A program made the position numbers and the translations under genes. From IMG/VR virus record IMGVR_UViG_3300020349_000003: a stretch of DNA of 64,000 nt; one strand, given 5' to 3'. Positions 60,156 through 64,000 of the stretch are shown here, in pieces. Source of the DNA: a virus (taxonomy: Duplodnaviria; Caudoviricetes). Within the stretch, counting starts at the first letter, position 1; every line of letters begins with the position of its first letter. The notes under the pieces are model-generated. The model worked only from the letters and a program-made list of their open reading frames with translations. It did no database searches and had not been told where the DNA came from.

Positions 60156-60317
60156 CTATACCATAAGTATTTCCTTACATACCCTCCTACAACTAGATTG
60201 ACTGTCCTCACAATCTATTAAACATTCAAAATAGTCATCTAATAATTCTTCTTCTTGTGTAGGAACTACACTATGGTTCCACGATGCCATTTGATTGTGG
60301 GATATTGACCTGGACAT
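60156..60317 (-). CDS. 53-aa twin-Cx3C protein (not in ORF track)
   Basis: MSRSISHNQMASWNHSVVPTQEEELLDDYFECLIDCEDSQSSCRRVCKEILMV; GGAGG Shine-Dalgarno; has its own late promoter and terminator. Confidence 0.8.
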   Translation of the reverse strand: MSRSISHNQMASWNHSVVPTQEEELLDDYFECLIDCEDSQSSCRRVCKEILMV

Positions 60318-60394
60318 AAATTAACCTCCATCTAACATTGTTTTCATAATAAATAACGGTTTTGGTTACATCTTGTGCCTTAATTCTACGTTAC

Positions 60395-60402
60395 TATTTA
60401 TA
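60395..60402 (-). promoter_or_regulatory. Perfect T4 late promoter TATAAATA
   Basis: tatttata on the plus strand, in intergenic DNA. Confidence 0.75.
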
Positions 60403-60430
60403 CTTGTGTTATGATATTCACACGTATTAG

Positions 60431-61069
60431 TTAATACAATTTAACCCAATTTCTATCTTCAAAGTAATCATCTGCGTCATAAGTTCTATGATTTGCTAAT
60501 GGGAAACTTACAGATAATCTAACTGTATTAGATGTTGCTTTATGAGGATAATTCTTTGGTATCCATATTGTATCTCCTGGTTTCATATTAACATCTATAA
60601 TTGGTTCATCTTTAATATCCATTAAGTATCTTTGTTGTCTAGTATCTGTTACTTCATCCCACACTTTCCAATTAGTTTCACCTTCACATTGAACTATAAC
60701 ATTATCATTATAGTCAAAATGTGTACCAAAATGATGTTTAATAGATGTATTCATACAGATATAAATGTGTGCATCTGCCTGTAATCTATACTCCTTCTCT
60801 ATCATTTTAGCGAACTCATTTATCTTCTTAGTAGATCTCGACATGTCTGCAATAAAGACAATATAGTTATCTAACACCTCCCTAATTAATGAAGGTGGTA
60901 AACAACTATAGTCTTTAGTCCATTCAGTATTTTGCCATTTAAGACCAGGTTCGTCACCCAATATATTAACTCTACTGGCAGACATTAATGGTCTTATGTT
61001 AATTAAATACTCTAATTCTTTCCAACTAAAAAGACTATCCCAATACGATTGTTCATAATGTGGTTTCAT
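60431..61069 (-). CDS. JmjC/cupin-4-like oxygenase
   Basis: FGTHFDYNDNVIVQCEGETNWKVW...MKPGDTIWIPKNYPHKA (HxD...H). Confidence 0.85.
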   Translation of the reverse strand: MKPHYEQSYWDSLFSWKELEYLINIRPLMSASRVNILGDEPGLKWQNTEWTKDYSCLPPSLIREVLDNYIVFIADMSRSTKKINEFAKMIEKEYRLQADAHIYICMNTSIKHHFGTHFDYNDNVIVQCEGETNWKVWDEVTDTRQQRYLMDIKDEPIIDVNMKPGDTIWIPKNYPHKATSNTVRLSVSFPLANHRTYDADDYFEDRNWVKLY

Positions 61070-61475
61070 CTTTCTTCTTATCTTTTGAAGGATAGACTGA
61101 TTTAACTATACCATAACTAACACTACCACCAAGAGTAAGTATTAATATTGGTAACCAATATTCAGCAATTAATATTACTCCTACACCAATAGGAAGTAAT
61201 GCTAAGATACCTAATCCATTACCTTGAGTATTATTAAATGCCCATTCAAATGCAGTTGGTCCAGTGTATCTGGTTCTTTCTGCATGACGTTCAAATTGAT
61301 TGAAGTCATTAGATTGTTGATTCATTGGACCTTTATACAATACTCGAAGTACCTCTTGACCGTACATATTCTCAGCAACAGATTGTGCTTCTGATTCATA
61401 CATACAATCCTCAATGATAACGGTACGATTGTGACCGTTATCCCTTGCTAGTAATACTTCCCATTTGTTAGTCAT
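61053..61475 (-). CDS. Hypothetical membrane protein
   Basis: 140 aa; two hydrophobic C-terminal segments. Confidence 0.7.
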   Translation of the reverse strand: MTNKWEVLLARDNGHNRTVIIEDCMYESEAQSVAENMYGQEVLRVLYKGPMNQQSNDFNQFERHAERTRYTGPTAFEWAFNNTQGNGLGILALLPIGVGVILIAEYWLPILILTLGGSVSYGIVKSVYPSKDKKKDETTL

Positions 61476-61609
61476 AGGTTTGATAATACATCATAAAGAG
61501 CATCCGATTCAGTTCCTATTACTGAAGAAACCCAATCATCTTCTTGCTCTTGACAATTGTCATAATTCTCATCATATTGAACTGATGGAATGAATAGTTT
61601 CTTAGTCAT
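61472..61609 (-). CDS. 45-aa acidic hypothetical protein
   Basis: Start moved to MTKKLF to fit the upstream ORF. Confidence 0.6.
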   Translation of the reverse strand: MTKKLFIPSVQYDENYDNCQEQEDDWVSSVIGTESDALYDVLSNL

Positions 61610-61775
61610 AACCAAAACCTCGGTTGCTAATTTGTCTTGTTTTTTCCCTCTCATTCAATAGTTTTTGAAGAGAGGTCTTTAGTTTGATGAGTTCTTCATC
61701 ATTGTAAAGATGTGACTGCTTAAGTGCCTTTCGGATGTACTTAATTTGCAGTTTGTCGGAGAAGAATTTCCTCAT
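61602..61775 (-). CDS. 57-aa basic hypothetical protein (not in ORF track)
   Basis: MRKFFSDKLQIKYIRKALKQSHLYNDEELIKLKTSLQKLLNEREKTRQISNRGFGYD. Confidence 0.7.
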   Translation of the reverse strand: MRKFFSDKLQIKYIRKALKQSHLYNDEELIKLKTSLQKLLNEREKTRQISNRGFGYD

Positions 61776-62329
61776 GCCTTTAGTATAAGAGATTGAATAG
61801 GATTTGTGGTCAGATCTTGTGACACTTTATTGAATGGCACATACAATGTACCATACTTACCAAATACTTCATTGAAGTGGGTAATATCATCACCAAGATA
61901 TATTATAGCAGATTGAAATGGTGATGCACTCTTAGCATCACCAAATCTCATGCGTTTGTTAATAGCAATCCAAGGATAATTGCAACATGATTTCCACCAT
62001 TTAGTAGATACATCTAGTTTAATTAATAACACTAACTCCTTAGCATTTCCCTGTTCATATTGTGATACAGCGTATGGAATCCATTCCTTACTATTACTAT
62101 AAGGATGATTAACAAACACTTTACCATGCCATTTATGTAATAAACCATCATCACTTTCATCATAATAGTTATTAGCAGGTACATTAGGATTGTCCTTACT
62201 ATTACAACATGGGTCGAGGTCAATCGTACCAAAGAACTTAACAACATCTCCTACAAAATCAGTAGGAGTGTTCCATTTATCAGTACGATTACCAGTCGTT
62301 TGTGTTAATGCTTGAAGAGCAGTTGTCAT
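61772..62329 (-). CDS. Phage Dam-family N6-adenine DNA methyltransferase
   Basis: DKWNTP, DLDPC, DGL..W.GKVFVNHPYS motifs. Confidence 0.85.
   Translation of the reverse strand: MTTALQALTQTTGNRTDKWNTPTDFVGDVVKFFGTIDLDPCCNSKDNPNVPANNYYDESDDGLLHKWHGKVFVNHPYSNSKEWIPYAVSQYEQGNAKELVLLIKLDVSTKWWKSCCNYPWIAINKRMRFGDAKSASPFQSAIIYLGDDITHFNEVFGKYGTLYVPFNKVSQDLTTNPIQSLILKA
61782..61840 (-). promoter_or_regulatory. Early promoter with 22-bp box (copy 8), inside the MTase 3' end
   Basis: gtgacactttattgaatggcac at 61819-61840; TATACT 31 nt downstream. Confidence 0.7.
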
Positions 62330-63334
62330 TTAATCAATAACTAAATTGTATTTTTTAAGTAATTCTTCACCTATAGATGTAGAATTAGGGTCATCATTAT
62401 GTTCTTTAATGATACGCAATGCACCAACAATTCCTGTTGTAGAACCAGAGATACCTTCATACCATGTAGTTCTCTTTTTAAGGATTAACTTGTTATCAAT
62501 GTAATCATTGATAGATACTAACTTCTCTTTAGCACCACCTCCTATCTTAGCATCTTTAATGAATTTGTAAAGTGTTGATAGAATAATAACCATATCACTA
62601 CGAATAGCAGTTACTATTTTCTTTTGATTCTTTGGTTGTCTCCAATTCTGGTGTTCTTGTAGTTGAACTAACTTAGCACATGCCTTAGATACTATGGATA
62701 CACCAAATTTGTTAATTGCTTGCCTCCATTGATACTCTCCAGTCATGGGACATCCTGATTCATCACCAAGATAATCATATCCATCAATGTAAACACCACA
62801 TTCAACTAGATTATCATTATATTTAACAGCATCAGGCAATCCAAATGCCAAACCTGCTTTCATTTTATCTACATGAGTTGGGTCTTTACGATTGTTATTT
62901 AAAGCATAGAATATTGCTGCTTCTATTTCTATACAATCATCAAGAGATCTATGTGGGGGATGTTCAATAAAAAGACATGGAAGAAGTTCGGGATCACCTC
63001 CTTCTGTTGCTGCTAGGTCTAATATTGCTGTATGTTGTCCATCAACATCAACAAGTTTGCCATTAGGTCTAATTGCAACAATTAAAGGTCTTGCAAAGTG
63101 TCTTTGAAAACTTCCATAAATGTTGAGTTGTAGAGTTGAAATTAATCGTTGTACTCTACGAGATACAAATAATTTTCGAGGGTCTACTTGACCTGCTTTT
63201 AACCAATCACCAAAAATTCCTTTTTCAATTTTTAGTTTTGATTTTATGTCATTAAAAATCGAGGTCAACGACACTAAGTCATCATCCTCGTCATTAAAAT
63301 CTTCTGGACCTTCTAGGTACGGTATAGTTGTCAT
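62330..63334 (-). CDS. ParB/Srx-superfamily (DGQH) domain protein
   Basis: VQR...PLIVAIRPNGKLVDVDGQHT...EAAIFYALN. Confidence 0.7.
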   Translation of the reverse strand: MTTIPYLEGPEDFNDEDDDLVSLTSIFNDIKSKLKIEKGIFGDWLKAGQVDPRKLFVSRRVQRLISTLQLNIYGSFQRHFARPLIVAIRPNGKLVDVDGQHTAILDLAATEGGDPELLPCLFIEHPPHRSLDDCIEIEAAIFYALNNNRKDPTHVDKMKAGLAFGLPDAVKYNDNLVECGVYIDGYDYLGDESGCPMTGEYQWRQAINKFGVSIVSKACAKLVQLQEHQNWRQPKNQKKIVTAIRSDMVIILSTLYKFIKDAKIGGGAKEKLVSINDYIDNKLILKKRTTWYEGISGSTTGIVGALRIIKEHNDDPNSTSIGEELLKKYNLVID

Positions 63335-63405
63335 ATTCGTGACTATGTAAACGGTTGGGTCGTTAGTTTAATGACGTGGAACAATTTCCTTTGCGGTCAG
63401 TAGTA

Positions 63406-63434
63406 ATTATATAAGATAAATCAAAAAATGTCAA
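63406..63434 (-). promoter_or_regulatory. Consensus sigma70 promoter
   Basis: TTGACA-17 nt-TATAAT. Confidence 0.85.
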
Positions 63435-63459
63435 TAATATTATAAATCTTCAACATTTC

Positions 63460-63999
63460 TTAATCAAATAATAACTTCTCAAACTTTGTTGTTAGATAAA
63501 ATCCCATGTACTTATTCTTTAGTTGCTGACCATTATATACTAATGGAGTGTACTTACCTGTTTTCTTATTCGGACTTGCTTTAGTTCTAATTTGTAATAG
63601 TTTGTTAACTCCATTCTTATCTCTAGGTCCATTAAATGTTCTTAATTGTTCACCATTATTATATGCTGAACGAACACAATCACTAATGTAATCCCAATCT
63701 TCAGATAATTTATCAAATATCAAAGGATGTGTATATCTATTGAAAATAAGATCTCTATCAAACTTATCGTCTTTAGTGAATCTAATAAACCAGCAATTAC
63801 TTAACTTTGTAAATACTTTACTCTGTTTAAATGATACTCCATTAATCAGTTCATCTAAAACATGTAATAATTGAGTAACAGCAATAGTTTGTCTTGATTT
63901 AAATGATTTACCTTCACCATCATCAAAATCAAGTAGACCAGAGCATAAGTCTTTACCTAATAGTTGTTCAAGTTCTTGTCCTCTCTTGCCTTTGTTTTT
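63460..63999 (-). CDS. MutH/Sau3AI-like endonuclease (5' part outside window)
   Basis: Frame is open to the window edge: KNKGKRGQELEQLLG..LLDFDDGEGKS...LSEDWDYI...LLQIRTKAS...GFYLTTKF. Confidence 0.75.
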   Translation of the reverse strand, partial: KNKGKRGQELEQLLGKDLCSGLLDFDDGEGKSFKSRQTIAVTQLLHVLDELINGVSFKQSKVFTKLSNCWFIRFTKDDKFDRDLIFNRYTHPLIFDKLSEDWDYISDCVRSAYNNGEQLRTFNGPRDKNGVNKLLQIRTKASPNKKTGKYTPLVYNGQQLKNKYMGFYLTTKFEKLLFD

Positions 64000-64000
64000 A

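Noticed and set aside
51811-61840. 22-bp boxes as CRISPR repeats, or as CRP/NtcA sites
   Set aside because: They are dispersed and degenerate and tied to -10 elements; they match neither TGTGA-N6-TCACA nor GTA-N8-TAC
63335-63400. Leader of the DGQH gene as a c-di-GMP-like riboswitch (contains GCAAA and short stems)
   Set aside because: Too short and lacks the two-hairpin architecture; only 4-bp stems
1-64000. tRNA, rRNA or group I intron genes
   Set aside because: No cloverleaf/T-loop signatures or interrupted ORFs found by eye; tRNAscan-SE and Infernal would be needed to exclude them fully

Overview
A 64-kb piece of an AT-rich T4-like cyanomyovirus genome (P-SSM2-like gene content), with essentially all genes on the minus strand. 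In transcription order, from right to left: (i) a DNA-modification cluster with a MutH/Sau3AI-like nuclease (truncated), a DGQH ParB-like protein, two DNA methyltransferases, a JmjC/cupin protein and an SF2 helicase; (ii) an early region of about 25 tiny ORFs, driven by sigma70-type promoters of which eight carry the same 22-bp inverted-repeat box; it ends in a DnaA-box cluster and a non-coding junction; (iii) PAAR protein, an iron-enzyme island (2OG-Fe(II) oxygenases and heme oxygenase), then the baseplate/tail block: gp25, gp6, a giant 8,118-aa gp7, a gp9/gp10-like protein with a cupredoxin domain, a YHYH protein, gp8, VrlC/DUF4815 and a truncated tail fibre. The most striking observation is inside gp7: 18 copies of a ~106-aa beta domain are not tandem but recursively inserted into each other's loops. 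They form a fully balanced, branched tree up to 7 levels deep. Single, circularly permuted and cross-gene copies of the same module also occur. All calls come from manual reading of the sequence and motif recognition; no database searches were run.
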